DNA from: an uncultured Planctomycetota bacterium
Lineage (GTDB): Bacteria > Planctomycetota > Planctomycetia > Isosphaerales > Isosphaeraceae
DNA: 64,000 nucleotides
Assembly (NCBI GenBank): GCA_963845755.1
Contig: CAWJTV010000020.1
Span: forward strand, 288,001-352,000
Direction: 5' to 3'
This document shows positions 12,750 to 23,726 of this stretch, piece after piece. Made by a program: the position numbers and the translations under genes. The notes under the pieces are model-generated. The model had not been told where the DNA came from and searched no databases. It saw nothing but the letters and a program-made list of their open reading frames with translations. How positions within the stretch are numbered: the first letter of the stretch is position 1; every line of letters begins with the position of its first letter.

Positions 12750-13863
12750 ATGCGCAGGACCAAGGTTCTCATGCTGGCGGTGGCCGCGGCGCTGCTGCGC
12801 GGACGTGGCGAGTGCTCACGAGCTCTGGTTTCACCCGGGCGCCGGAGGCCAGTCCTCCTCGGTGCGATTATCCTTCGGCGACTCGCCCGACCTCGGCGAG
12901 GCGGAACGCGTCGCGGAGATCGCCCACACGAAGGTCTGGGCCGACGGGCAACCGCTGGACGTCGAGCGTCTGCCGGATGGCCTCGAGGCTCGTCTGGGGG
13001 ATCGTCGCCCCGCCGTGATCAGCGCGTTCGCCGACCGCGGCATCGTCAACTACATGGGCGACTCGTTCATCATCTACCTGGCGGCCTATTCCCAGACGCA
13101 CGCGATCGAGGCCAATCCGGCCCGGAAGCTGGGCCTCGGCGACGATCAGGTCCGGCTCCTGTTGATCGCCAAGGGGGACGGGCCGCCGGTGGTGCAGGCC
13201 CTGTGGCGGGGGAAGCCCGCGGCGAACGCAGCCGTGAAGCTCTTTCACGGCCGCGAAACGCCCACCGAGCTGCGGACGGATGCCCGCGGCGAGATCCCGT
13301 GCCCGGATCTGAGAGAAGGCCCATGGTCGCTGCTCGTCGACGTCAGGGACAAGACGCCGGGCCAGCGAGACGGTCGGGATTACACACACGTCCGCTACAA
13401 GGCCACGCTGGCGATCGGCGCGGAAGCGGCCTTCGCCCCGGCCGTCGCCGCCTGCCTGGCCCGGGTCAAGGAGATCCACGGCGCGACCGGTCCCTGGGCG
13501 GTCGCCGGCTATCGGATTGGCGAGCGTGCGCTCAAGGAGCTGGGGCTTCCCCGGCAGAGCCATGACCTGGACGTGGTCCACCGATGCCCGGCCGAGGTGC
13601 AGTATTCCTGCGTCGCCGACGGCGTCCAGGCGGCGACCGGGGCCAGCCCCGGCAAGCTGAACCTGCACATCGAGCAAGCCACCCGCGAGGATCTCCGCAC
13701 CGTGATCCGCAACAAGAAGTCCGGGCGTACCCTGACGTTCACCCTCAAGCTGGAGTTCGCCCATTCGATCACAGACCTGCCGTTCGATCGGCTCGAAGCC
13801 GAAGGGCGGCGGGTCGCCGCGCTGGCCGATGACGTCATCTTCCGGATCGCCGAATCAAAGTGA
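12750..13863 (+). CDS. Secreted DUF4198-like + FmdE-domain protein (frameshift in signal peptide near 12800)
   Basis: MRRTKVLMLAVAAALL signal, then ASA-HELWF in another frame; LWRGKPAANAAV…TDARGEI (DUF4198-like); HGATGPWAVAGYRIG…C…SCVADGVQAATGASPGKLNL (FmdE-like). Confidence 0.75.
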
Positions 13864-13892
13864 GGGACGGACTTTCAGCCGGGAGGAGGCCG

Positions 13893-14357
13893 ATGCGTAC
13901 ATGCCGGAGGCGGCCATTGTCGCGGGGCCGCATTGTTGTTACGTCCTTGGCGAGCTGGGCCGTGTTGTCCCTGCTCGGCCTGGCCGGTTGTGGCGGCCCC
14001 GGCCCTTATACGGGCTCGCTCTATCCGGTCAAGGGTCAGGTGCTGCTGGCCGATGGCACGCCCCTCAATGGCGGCACGGTCCGATTCATCCCGACGCGGG
14101 GCGGACTGCCTGCATCGGGCACAATCGCAGCAGACGGTACGTTTTCGCTGAAGTCGAAGAGCCGCGACGGGGCCGCCCCGGGCGAGTACAAGGTCCGGAT
14201 CGAGCCGAGTGCGGAGTTGCTCGTGAAGAAAGGGAGAACGGCCCCGAAGCTGCCCTTCGCCTCGAAATATCGCGAGTACGACGGCAACACCGGTCTGACG
14301 GCCACGATCAACGCCGGGGAGACGCAGCTCGAGCCATTCCGGCTCGAGGCCAAGTGA
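13893..14357 (+). CDS. Planctomycete lipoprotein, carboxypeptidase-regulatory-like fold (typical DUF1559 companion)
   Basis: LAGC lipobox; PVKGQV…DGTPL…GTVRFIP…DGTFSL…GAAPGEYKVRI. Confidence 0.85.
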   Translation: MRTCRRRPLSRGRIVVTSLASWAVLSLLGLAGCGGPGPYTGSLYPVKGQVLLADGTPLNGGTVRFIPTRGGLPASGTIAADGTFSLKSKSRDGAAPGEYKVRIEPSAELLVKKGRTAPKLPFASKYREYDGNTGLTATINAGETQLEPFRLEAK

Positions 14358-14925
14358 CCCTCCACTGGCCTCCGGGAATTTGTCCCTGCACACTCCCGAT
14401 GCCGTGCTTGATCGTGAGATAGACGGCGAAGATCATCATCCGCAGGATCGTAAACTGGACATGGGGCACCTGCATCGCCGGGTGCTCTTGGCAAGGTTCA
14501 TCTCGACCCGCCTCCCACAGTCTAACGTGCAGGTAAGCCCTTACGCCCAAGCCTTATTCCGGTTTTCTGCTCCGATGCGACTCACGGCCAATGACCGGCC
14601 AGATGTGCGCCTGGACCCACGGTCCTGCACCACGAGACGGCCGCGTGGCACGTCGCCGCGCGGATCGCGAGGTCGGCGGTTCGGACGGTTTCCACAGGGC
14701 CCACATCGATACCGCTCTCCCCTCGACTGCTGGCAAAATCACCGGTTCGGAGGCCACAACATCCGAGTCCCGCCGTTGTCGTCAAGTCGGGTGTCGCCGT
14801 AAAATTATTCAAGGTTTTCGAAACCAGGCGGTGGATTGACAGCACAATTCTCATGTCGGATCATGAATCTAGCCCGATCTCCGGGCTCGGAATGATATGA
14901 CCTGCCCTCGGGGAATCGACTGCGA

Positions 14926-15399
14926 ATGCGTCGCCGCTCCCATCCATCCCGCACGAATGACATCGTCCGCCGGTTGCTGCCGGCGGTCGTGCTCTTCTGC
15001 GGCCTGGGAGTGGAGGGCAAGGCGGCCGAGATTTCGGTCTCTTCCGCCGGCGCGTTCGACGGCGATCACACCCAGCACTGTAGTTGTCGCGATTGCCGGA
15101 AGGGGTCCTGCTGCTGCGGCCCGCGCGGGCCGCAGACGAAAGGTGGTCGCACTAGACTACGGACCGAGCCGGTTCGGAATGGCGACGGTCCCTGCTTGAG
15201 AGCCGCCCCCTGCGGCGATTCGGGGTTGCCGGGTGCGCCGGTCCTCGGGCCGACCGGCAAGGTGGCATTCCACACGGCACAGAACTGTGTGGTCCCCTTC
15301 GCGACAGGCCACCTGCTCCCGCCGGACCGTCGTTGCGTTCTCCCATCCCGACGAGCCTCTCTTCTCGACGAGCCCCCGGAACACCTCGCCCTCGCCTGA
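14926..15399 (+). CDS. Small Cys-rich exported/leader protein (DUF2946-like architecture)
   Basis: N-terminal hydrophobic stretch, [15 protein letters not shown] cluster, PC…PC, C-terminal LDEPP; TTGACA upstream at ~14836. Confidence 0.65.
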   Translation: MRRRSHPSRTNDIVRRLLPAVVLFCGLGVEGKAAEISVSSAGAFDGDHTQHCSCRDCRKGSCCCGPRGPQTKGGRTRLRTEPVRNGDGPCLRAAPCGDSGLPGAPVLGPTGKVAFHTAQNCVVPFATGHLLPPDRRCVLPSRRASLLDEPPEHLALA

Positions 15400-15574
15400 T
15401 CCCAGGCCATTGCCATCGGCGTATCTCGAGCCCCGCCCGTGCGGTCGTTGTGTGCGCGCGGGACAAGGCACCGTCCGTTGCGTGATATCGCTGCGGTCCC
15501 CGATCTCCGCGGCCCTTGGGTCGTCGGCTTCACGTGGGATTGCGCCGAGCCTTCTCATTCCGGGAGTTCATCCA

Positions 15575-16582
15575 ATGCATCGTCGTCGAGCCTTCACGCT
15601 GATCGAATTGCTGGTGGTCATCGCGATCATCGCGGTGCTGATCGCCTTGCTGCTACCCGCCGTCCAGGCCGCCCGCGAGGCGGCCCGGCGCTCCCAGTGC
15701 ACCAACAACCTCAAGCAGATCGGACTCGCCCTCCACAACTACGAGGGAGTCTGGAACACGCTCCCCGCCGGACGTTACGGTTACCCTTACCTCTGGTCGT
15801 CGCTGGCCTCGCTGCTGTCCTACATCGAGGCAGCGAACATGTACAACGCGATCAACTTCTCCTTCGCCTCGGAGACCGCTCAACTCCCATATCCGGTCAA
15901 TTCCACCGTGGAGTCGGCGGCGATCGCGGTGTTCCTCTGTCCGAGCGACGGGCAGATGCGGGTGGACCCGACGAACTGGGGCGGGACGAATTATGTCTCG
16001 AATTCCGGGACGGGCACGCTCAATAACGGCAATTTCAACGTCGTCTCCGGGGCGCCCTTGCCCGACGGACCGTTCTACAACACCAGCGCCGTGCGGTTCG
16101 CCGCGATTACCGACGGTCTGAGCGGCACGGCGGGGTTCAGCGAGACGATCCTGGGCAACAATATCAATACCTCGCCCGGCAGCTCCCCGCCCTCGAACCC
16201 GAAGCGGCAATTCGCCCTGTTCAATACCTCTGAGATCCTGCTGACGTTTTCGCCGTCTTACTTCGTGCTGCCGAGCATAACAATCCCTCCCTGCGCGATT
16301 CCTGACCAGTGGTCAGGAGACCGGGGCCGCGAATGGTCGCGCGGCAGCTTCATCATGACGTCCTATAACCATTTCTACACGCCGAACAGTAAATTCCCGG
16401 ACTGCACCGACGCCGGCCGCAACGCCGCCGTGATCGGCCCGCGCAGCTTCCATCCCGGAGGAGTGAACGTCTTGCACCTCGACGGGCACGTGCAGTTTCT
16501 CAAGGACAGCGTCAATATCATCACCTTCCGGGCAATCTCGACCCGAGCGGGCGGCGAGGTCATCTCGTCGGACTCCTACTGA
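15575..16582 (+). CDS. DUF1559 prepilin-type protein
   Basis: [14 protein letters not shown]…[37 protein letters not shown]. Confidence 0.96.
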   Translation: MHRRRAFTLIELLVVIAIIAVLIALLLPAVQAAREAARRSQCTNNLKQIGLALHNYEGVWNTLPAGRYGYPYLWSSLASLLSYIEAANMYNAINFSFASETAQLPYPVNSTVESAAIAVFLCPSDGQMRVDPTNWGGTNYVSNSGTGTLNNGNFNVVSGAPLPDGPFYNTSAVRFAAITDGLSGTAGFSETILGNNINTSPGSSPPSNPKRQFALFNTSEILLTFSPSYFVLPSITIPPCAIPDQWSGDRGREWSRGSFIMTSYNHFYTPNSKFPDCTDAGRNAAVIGPRSFHPGGVNVLHLDGHVQFLKDSVNIITFRAISTRAGGEVISSDSY

Positions 16583-16608
16583 TCGAATCCAAATCCTGGA
16601 GATTCATC

Positions 16609-17990
16609 ATGAGCGAGTACGACCGTCCTTCCGCGATGAGATCCTGGCCCGACTATCGGGCCGTCTGGCGATGGCACTTCTATGCGGGGTTGTTCTGCAT
16701 CCCGTTCGTCATCGTGCTCTCGATCAGCGGCTCGATCTACCTCTTCAAGACGGAGATCGAATCATGGATCGATCGCCCTTATGACCGGCTCGAGGTCACG
16801 AGGTATCCCGCCACGGCCGCCGATCAGGTCCGCGCCGCACTGGCTGCCGTGCCGGGTTCGACCCTGAACGCCTACGAGTTGCCGCAGGCCGACGATTCAG
16901 CAGTCCGCGTGATCGTGGACAGGGATGGTGAGGCGATCCGGGTGTACCTGCATCCGCAGAGCCTGGACGTCTTGAACACGGTCGCGGAGAACGATCGCTT
17001 CATGCGCATCCTGTTCCGCCTCCACGGCGAACTGCTTCTCGGCAATCGTGGCTCGGCGTTGGTGGAGCTGGCGGCCTCGTGGACGATCATCATGATCCTC
17101 ACCGGCCTGTACCTCTGGTGGCCGCGAGGGGCGATCGGTTTGCGTGGCGTGGTGTTTCCACGGCTCGGGTCCAGTTCGCGGGTGTTCTGGCGGGACATCC
17201 ACGCCGTCACCGGCGTCTGGATCTCCGCGTGGGTCCTCTTCATGCTCTTCAGCGGCCTGCCCTGGGCGAAGTTCTGGGGCGACTACTTGAAGACCGTCCG
17301 TCGGCTCACCGGCATGGCGGTCGCCCGTCAGGATTGGACGAACGGAGCCGCCTCAGCCGTGAGAACGCGAACAGCTCGTGGATCCGGAGAGTCGCACCAT
17401 GCAACCGGCCGATGGTCAGGCCAGGGGCGTGGCACGAGGAGTATTCCGAGCGACCTCACCGCCGTGGACCGAATCGTCGCAACTGTCCGCCCGCTAGGGC
17501 TGGACCCGCCGGTGGTCATCGAGCCTCCCGCCACGGGCTCCAACGACTGGGCCGCGAAGTCGATGACCCCCAACCGCCCGCGCCGGGTCGACCTCGTTGT
17601 AGACGGTAAGACCGGGGTCATCAAGGATCGCAAGGATTTCGCGGACCGGCCCTGGATCGACAGAGTCGTCGGCACCGGGGTCGCCGCTCACGAGGGCGCC
17701 TCTTCGGTTGGCCCAATCAACTCCTCGGCCTCGTCGCTGCAATCGGGCTGGTCCTTCTGAGTATCAGCTCGGTGGTCCTGTGGTGGCGCCGTCGTGAGTC
17801 CGGTGTCCTCGGCGCTCCCCAGCCGCTGGCGGCTCCCCGGTTCTCGGTCAGCCTTTTGACGCTGGTGGTGTTCTTGGGAATCTATCTCCCGTTGTTCGGT
17901 GCGTCACTCGTCCTTGTGTTGCTGCTGGAGGCGACCGTCTTGCGCCGGATCCCGCGGATACGCGAATGGCTGGGACTTTCAAGCCCTTGA
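16609..17990 (+). CDS. PepSY-associated TM helix domain protein (frameshift ~17697)
   Basis: VWRWHFYAGLF, RLHGELLLG, TGLYLWWPR, WRDIHAVTG, SGLPW, AHEG, then LFGWPNQLLG…LWWRRR in the next frame. Confidence 0.9.
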
Positions 17991-18066
17991 TACGATTCGT
18001 GGGGGCTTGTTGCGATGACGTCCGGTGAGCTGTCCGCACGACCGGATTCCGAGGCCCGGTGAATGA

Positions 18067-18264
18067 GAGCCCGTCCTGCCCGCTCCGATCACCGATTACC
18101 AACTCGCGCTTCCTGGCATTCGCCACGTGAAGGCGGCCACCTCCGTCGCGGGCGTCGTGGGGACCCTCGTTGTCTTCGGGGTCGCCTGGGGATTCGCAGG
18201 GGTATTCTCTCGGCGGTCGGCGGGGACTTCGGGCATCGCCGTCAGTGACGATTCCGGATCATGA
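18067..18264 (+). pseudogene. C-terminal remnant of a CbiM/CbiN-type PDGLE-domain protein (Co/Ni ECF transporter component)
   Basis: Frame 1 reads EPVLPAPITDYQLALPGIRHVKAATSVAGVVGTLVVFGVAWGFAGVFSRR, preceded by an in-frame stop and lacking the N-terminal part. Confidence 0.55.
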
Positions 18265-18455
18265 GGCAGGAGGCGGCGGGGGTGCTGTCTCTGAATTTCC
18301 TCGTGGAAAGATTGACATATGTCGGACGGACGCCGTAGGCTCGTATACGGTTTCCGTTCGCCCGCCGCACGGGACGGGGTGTCAACTCCAACCCGAGCGA
18401 TCGGGTCCAGGGCCCCCCGGACAGCATCTGCGTCGTCGCATAAGAGGGACCTCTT

Positions 18456-19493
18456 ATGTTGAAGACCGGAACGCATCGCGGCTTTACGCTCATCGAGCTG
18501 CTGGTGGTGATCGCGATTATCGCCCTGCTGATCGCCCTGCTGCTACCGGCGGTTCAGGCGGCGCGCGAGGCCGCCCGCCGCATCCAGTGCACCAACAACT
18601 TGAAGCAGATCGGCCTGGCCTTGCATAACTATGAGACGGCCGCCGGGGCGCTACCCATGACGATGTCGTTGCTGGGGGCCGGCAACACGGTCTACTACGA
18701 CACCGGCTGGAGCGCCCAGGCCCGGCTCTTGCCCTACATGGAGGGGACCTCGTTGTTCAACGCGGCGAACCTCAGCGTCTTCAAGGAGGACCCCACCAAT
18801 TCCACGGTTATCTCGTTGACGGTGAACGCGTTCATCTGCCCGAGCGAGATCAAGCCGCAGGTTTCCTCGCACGATTATGGCCTCTCGGGTGTGATCAATT
18901 ACGGGGTGTGCGGGGGCGACTGGTTCGTCTGGGGTGGGTTCGGCGGGCCGTATAATCGCCAGGCGTTCGGCCCTAACCGGAGCCTGCGGCTGGCGGCGAT
19001 CACTGACGGGTTGAGCCAGACGTTGTTCGCCGCCGAGGTGAAGGCGTATCAGACCTCGTCGAACTGCCGCTTCACCACGCTGCCATCGGTCAACAACCCG
19101 AACAACATCCCGAGCCCGTACGCCGACCCGTTTCAGGTGGCGCCGGAATACGACAACGGGGTGTGCGTCACCGAGAATCAGGCGGAGTTCCACACCGAGT
19201 GGTCCGACGGGCACGTGCATGCGGCGGGGTTCACAACGGCCTGGCCTCCGAACAAGGCAATCATCGGCCGGTCGTTCTATCCGGGCATGGACCTGGACCT
19301 CAACGGCAAGAACGAGGAGAACGGCGGGCCGACCTTCTCGGCGATCAATGCCCGCAGTTATCACCCCGCCGGCGTCAACACCCTGCTGGGCGATGGCAGC
19401 GTGCGGTTCGTCAAGAGTACCATCGACGGGATGGTCTGGCGGGCCATGGGGACGGTTGCCGGCAGCGAAGTGGTCTCCTCAGATGCGTACTGA
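18456..19493 (+). CDS. DUF1559 prepilin-type protein
   Basis: [14 protein letters not shown]…[39 protein letters not shown]. Confidence 0.96.
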   Translation: MLKTGTHRGFTLIELLVVIAIIALLIALLLPAVQAAREAARRIQCTNNLKQIGLALHNYETAAGALPMTMSLLGAGNTVYYDTGWSAQARLLPYMEGTSLFNAANLSVFKEDPTNSTVISLTVNAFICPSEIKPQVSSHDYGLSGVINYGVCGGDWFVWGGFGGPYNRQAFGPNRSLRLAAITDGLSQTLFAAEVKAYQTSSNCRFTTLPSVNNPNNIPSPYADPFQVAPEYDNGVCVTENQAEFHTEWSDGHVHAAGFTTAWPPNKAIIGRSFYPGMDLDLNGKNEENGGPTFSAINARSYHPAGVNTLLGDGSVRFVKSTIDGMVWRAMGTVAGSEVVSSDAY

Positions 19494-19515
19494 TCTCGAG
19501 GCGGGAGGTGGTTCG

Positions 19516-19677
19516 ATGGGGCGTACTCTCATTCTTTTCACCCTGCCGGTACTGCTAGGTGCCGGTTCTCAACCGACTCAGGCCCCCGACGGACCGGAGG
19601 ATAAGCGTTCGGCTCCAATCCTCGTGCGTACCTTTCCACTCGAGGCGGAAGTGCGAGAATATCGCTTCCCAGAATAA
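19516..19677 (+). CDS. Small signal-peptide-bearing ORF (53 aa), possibly truncated
   Basis: GGGAGG RBS; MGRTLILFTLPVLLGAG hydrophobic start; immediately follows the DUF1559 gene. Confidence 0.35.
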   Translation: MGRTLILFTLPVLLGAGSQPTQAPDGPEDKRSAPILVRTFPLEAEVREYRFPE

Positions 19678-20231
19678 ACATGATCGAACAGAGTCATGCT
19701 GTGACTCTGAAGACTGGGCCTCCTCTTGCTTGCGTCGATCCGACGACACCAGCGTGGGCCACATCCAGGGCGCGCGAGGAACCGACAGGGAGCCTCTCAA
19801 ACTGGCCCATGTCCAACAGCCAGGGACGGAAGTGATAAACCCGGCATGGTGGTTCCTCGCTCGATTGAAACGATGAACACGATCTACGCCTGCATGGCAC
19901 TTCGGTGGAGCGAGACAACGAAGAAGACGGTTTTGCACATCAGGATGGGAAGAGACTCAGTCAGGAAACACTGGTTGGTGGCGCCGGCCTGACGATCGAA
20001 CCTCGCTCTGATTTCTCGATCTGTGCCAGCCTCCCCGGGTGCTCCATAGCTCATCGATGGCGGGGATCCACACCTCTCGACAAGACGTATCTCGTTTCTT
20101 CATTAACAAACAATTACCCCAATTTAGGCCAAGCTGGCCTCGTCAACCGCGGGATTCCGACGATAATGCCCCCGGCCCCGAAAGGATTCGGTCGCACCTC
20201 AATTCGCCAGAATGCTGGAAGAGGTCGTGTG

Positions 20232-20627
20232 ATGAGAGTGGATTCAACGGCACTCCGAATCGGTCGTCACTTCCTCCTGATCGCCCTGGCGATACAGGGG
20301 TTCACCCCGGATTTCCGTGATCTCGCATCCCGCTGGCTGATCAAACTGCTCACGTGCAACTCAACCGCGTTCACGATGGACGTCGGATCCTCACGCCATC
20401 ATGGTGAGAATCATCGCGAAGGGCCGGATCACGTGTGCTCGCCTGCGAGCGTCGATGCAAGCTTGCGCACTCGGCTCGACAACGGCTCTCGCCCATTCGC
20501 GGCATTCACGCCGCTGAAACCCTGCGGGGGATGGGTTCCCTTGGTTCACGTTTTCTCGCGCCGCCTCGGCATCGCCACGCGAGAACGCCACGACCTGACC
20601 CGGTCTCTCTGCCGCTTCGTCTGCTGA
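20232..20627 (+). CDS. Hypothetical 131-aa protein ending LCRFVC (paralog of 24510..24908)
   Basis: Shares ALAIQ..TPD.RD..S, D.VC.PAS and LCRxxC-stop with the second copy. Confidence 0.7.
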   Translation: MRVDSTALRIGRHFLLIALAIQGFTPDFRDLASRWLIKLLTCNSTAFTMDVGSSRHHGENHREGPDHVCSPASVDASLRTRLDNGSRPFAAFTPLKPCGGWVPLVHVFSRRLGIATRERHDLTRSLCRFVC

Positions 20628-20892
20628 GATCCCGACTCCAGACCTCGGGGCGACCCACATCCACGCCGGCACGGACCCGAGACCGGGAGCGCCGTGAACC
20701 GATGCGTCGCGAAGCCGGATCGTCGCCGGAGGGATCGCGAAATCGGCCGACTTCGGTCGAGCGGGCTCGGGCCGCCGTGCCCCGAGCGATCGTTCCCCCG
20801 CGCGACCATGTGCGCCACCCGTCGTGACCGAGAAGACGATCTTTCCACCGGCCGAACAATATAAATAAGAATATTTATTGGAAAATTTGATT

Positions 20893-22322
20893 ATGCCGAT
20901 TGATATCGATCGTGGTCGGGGCGAGGCGGCGGCATCGGTGCGGCGCGGGGACGGCCTTGGATCGGGTCGCCGCCGGCGATCGGTTCCTCATCGCCGGTAC
21001 CTGCCGGTTTCTCGGACGATCTCGACCGGGCGTCCGGGATTGTATCCCGGTGAACCGGAGAACTGCCGGCGCCGGCTGCGCGAGTTCCTCGTGATCATGG
21101 CCCAGCTCGGGCTGATGCTGGCCGTCTTCGACGCCTACCGGCTCGAGACCCGATCGTTCCGGATCCTCGTCCTCCTCACGATCGCGACGCTGCCGGTCCA
21201 CTACCTGGCGACCTATCGCTGGAAGAAACCGCTATTCGTGGCCATCTCGATCCTGGGAATGGTCCTCGTCAATGGCCTGTCCACGTCGGGCGGCATCGTG
21301 GCAGTCTCGGCGGTGCTCCTGGCGCTCGCCGCGGCGCCGATCGCCTGGTGGATTCGCGTCGGATTGATCGCCGCTCTGGCCATGTCCCTGGCCGTGATCC
21401 GGTCGCGGGCCGGTTCCGCGCCGAGGCGATCGCGACGGGGGTCATCCCGGTCGTCGCGACGATGTTCATGTTCCGGATGATGGTTTATCTCTACGAGCGA
21501 AAGCATGCCCAAGGCCGCGAGCCCCTCGTCGATACACTCGGTTACTTCTTCCTCCTGCCCAATTATGTCTTCCCGCATTTCCCCGTGGTCGATTATCGGA
21601 CGTTCCAGCGCGGTTATTTCGCGCACGGCATCCACGAGATCCAGAGGGAGGGCCTGGCGATGATGTCGCGGGGGACGACACATCTGCTTCTCTATCGTTT
21701 GATCGACCGCCTGTTGCTGATTTCGCCCGATGCGGTGCACGACCCCCTGAGCCTCGCGGGCTACCTGGCCTGCAATTACTTGCTGTATCTCCGGGTGTCG
21801 GGCCAGTTTCATATCGCCTGCGGCATGCTCCACCTGTTCGGCTTCCGGCTTCCCGAGACCCACCACCACTTCCTGCTGGCGACCGGTTTCACGGACTACT
21901 GGCGACGAATTAACATCTACTGGAAGGACTTCATGGTGCGGCTCGTGTTCAACCCGGTGGTTTTCCGCCTCAAGCGGCGACCCCAACCCGTGGCGCTGGC
22001 GGTGGCGACAGCGGTGGTGTTCGTGGTCACCTGGCTCCTCCACGCCTACCAATCGTTCTGGCTGCGGGGCACCTGGGGCTTCAGCGCGCCCGACGCCCTG
22101 TTCTGGGGCATCCTGGGCTTCCTGGTGCTGATCAACGTCCAGCTCGACGCGCGGCGGGGTGCGCGGCGAGTCGGGGGGTCTTCACGGTCGCCGTTGTGGT
22201 CGGCGAAACGCGCGGCTCGGATCGCCGGCACGTTCACGACGATCGCCTTGCTTTGGTCGCTCTGGTCAAGCCCGAACGTCGGGGCCTGGGTGGATATGAT
22301 GCGCCGGGGACTTGGGATCTGA
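20893..22322 (+). CDS. MBOAT-family O-acyltransferase (AlgI/DltB-like), frameshift ~21420
   Basis: Multi-TM; GQFHIACGMLHLFGFRLPETH…ATGFTDYWRRINIYWKDF; TWLLHAYQ (catalytic His). Confidence 0.88.
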
Positions 22323-22443
22323 GTTGGTGGCGAGGCGTTCGGAAATCCCCCCGCCGAGGGACCGACTGGCGTTTCTGTCGGAGCGGCGGACCATTGGCGC
22401 TCATCGCCGTCACCCTATCACTTCGGTCGATGGAGTACGAACC

Positions 22444-23577
22444 ATGTCTCATACGTCGGCGACGGCCCTGCGATTGCTCGTGACCGTGGCGATGCTGGGC
22501 TGGCGCTGTGTGCCGCGCGAATGTGCCCCGCACGCGGTGGATCGGGTGCGATGGGCGCTCGGCTGTGACGAGATCGAGAATCTCGACCGCTTGCTGAGCC
22601 AATCCGAGCCCGATCGGATGGATCAGGGCTATTACAACCAACTCCTCGACACCGGCCTGGAGGCCGGCCTGTCGCCGCCGATCTGCAAGCGCGTCCCGGA
22701 GTTGCGTGAGGTCGTGCTGAGATCGGATCTCTCGATCGTGCGAGCCGACGGGACGACATGGAGCACCAATGAGTTGGGGATGCGCGATCGGCCGTATGCG
22801 GCGTCCAAGCCATCGGGCACGTTCCGAATGGCGATGGCCGGGGACTCGATTGGCGTCGGGCTAGGCGTCGGCGACGGCCGGGGTTTCGAGCCGGCGCTCG
22901 AACGCTGGCTCGACGAGCACTCGCGCCGGCACGGCGGACCGACGGTCGAGATCCTGAATCTCGCCCTGCCCGGCCGCAGCCCCGGCCAGCGCTGGGATCA
23001 CTTCCAGAAAGTCGGCTGGGCGATGGAGCCCGACCTCATCCTGTTCGAGGCGACCGCCGCGGATGTCGGCTGGGACCAGCGCCGGCTCGCGGACCTGCTG
23101 CCCCGCGGGATCGGCTGGGACTCCACGCTCTACGGCGAGGTCTTGAAGCGTTCGGGCATCCGGCCGGGCGCGACGAGCGAGCAATACGCGCGGGCGCTGT
23201 GGCCGTATCGCTGGGAACTGGTCGCGGCGGTCTACCGCTCCGTCGCCGCCGACTGCCGGTCTCGCGGCGTGCCCTGCCTCTGGGTCTTGATCCCCCGGGT
23301 CGGTCGCGTTGTGGGGCCGGCCGAGCACCGGCGACTCCTCGACCTGGCCCGGGCCGCGGGTTTCGCGGCGGTCGTGGACATTTCGGATTCCTTCGACGGG
23401 TTCGATCCGGCCGATCTGGTGATCCACCCCAGCGACTTCCACCCCAACGCCGAGGGCCATGCCATCCTGGCCCGCCGACTCGCCGATGCCCTTTGGCCGC
23501 AACCTGTGCTGGGCGGGCTCCGGGGTCGCGATTCGAGCGAGGATGCGTCGCTTCAGGTGGGGGGCAATCTCCGATGA
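22444..23577 (+). CDS. SGNH/GDSL hydrolase-like protein (O-acetylation partner)
   Basis: TNELGMRD, FRMAMAGDSIGVG, EILNLALPG, DFHPNAEGH. Confidence 0.85.
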   Translation: MSHTSATALRLLVTVAMLGWRCVPRECAPHAVDRVRWALGCDEIENLDRLLSQSEPDRMDQGYYNQLLDTGLEAGLSPPICKRVPELREVVLRSDLSIVRADGTTWSTNELGMRDRPYAASKPSGTFRMAMAGDSIGVGLGVGDGRGFEPALERWLDEHSRRHGGPTVEILNLALPGRSPGQRWDHFQKVGWAMEPDLILFEATAADVGWDQRRLADLLPRGIGWDSTLYGEVLKRSGIRPGATSEQYARALWPYRWELVAAVYRSVAADCRSRGVPCLWVLIPRVGRVVGPAEHRRLLDLARAAGFAAVVDISDSFDGFDPADLVIHPSDFHPNAEGHAILARRLADALWPQPVLGGLRGRDSSEDASLQVGGNLR

Positions 23578-23726
23578 ACGAGGTTCGGCGCGGGATTGCT
23601 GAGTGCCCGTTCGCCGGACGCTTTCAATCTCCGGGTTTGGCCCGGAAGGTACCTGGCGGCGAGTCTCGGCGAGTGAGGCGGGCCGGTGTGCAGGTCCCCG
23701 GACAGCCGAATCCAGGACGCGCCGGT

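Noticed and set aside
14308..14475. Minus-strand MQVPHVQFTILRMMIFAV ORF resembling planctomycete 'RFTIRRLMI' N-termini
   Set aside because: Short and overlaps the lipoprotein 3' end; at best a gene relic.
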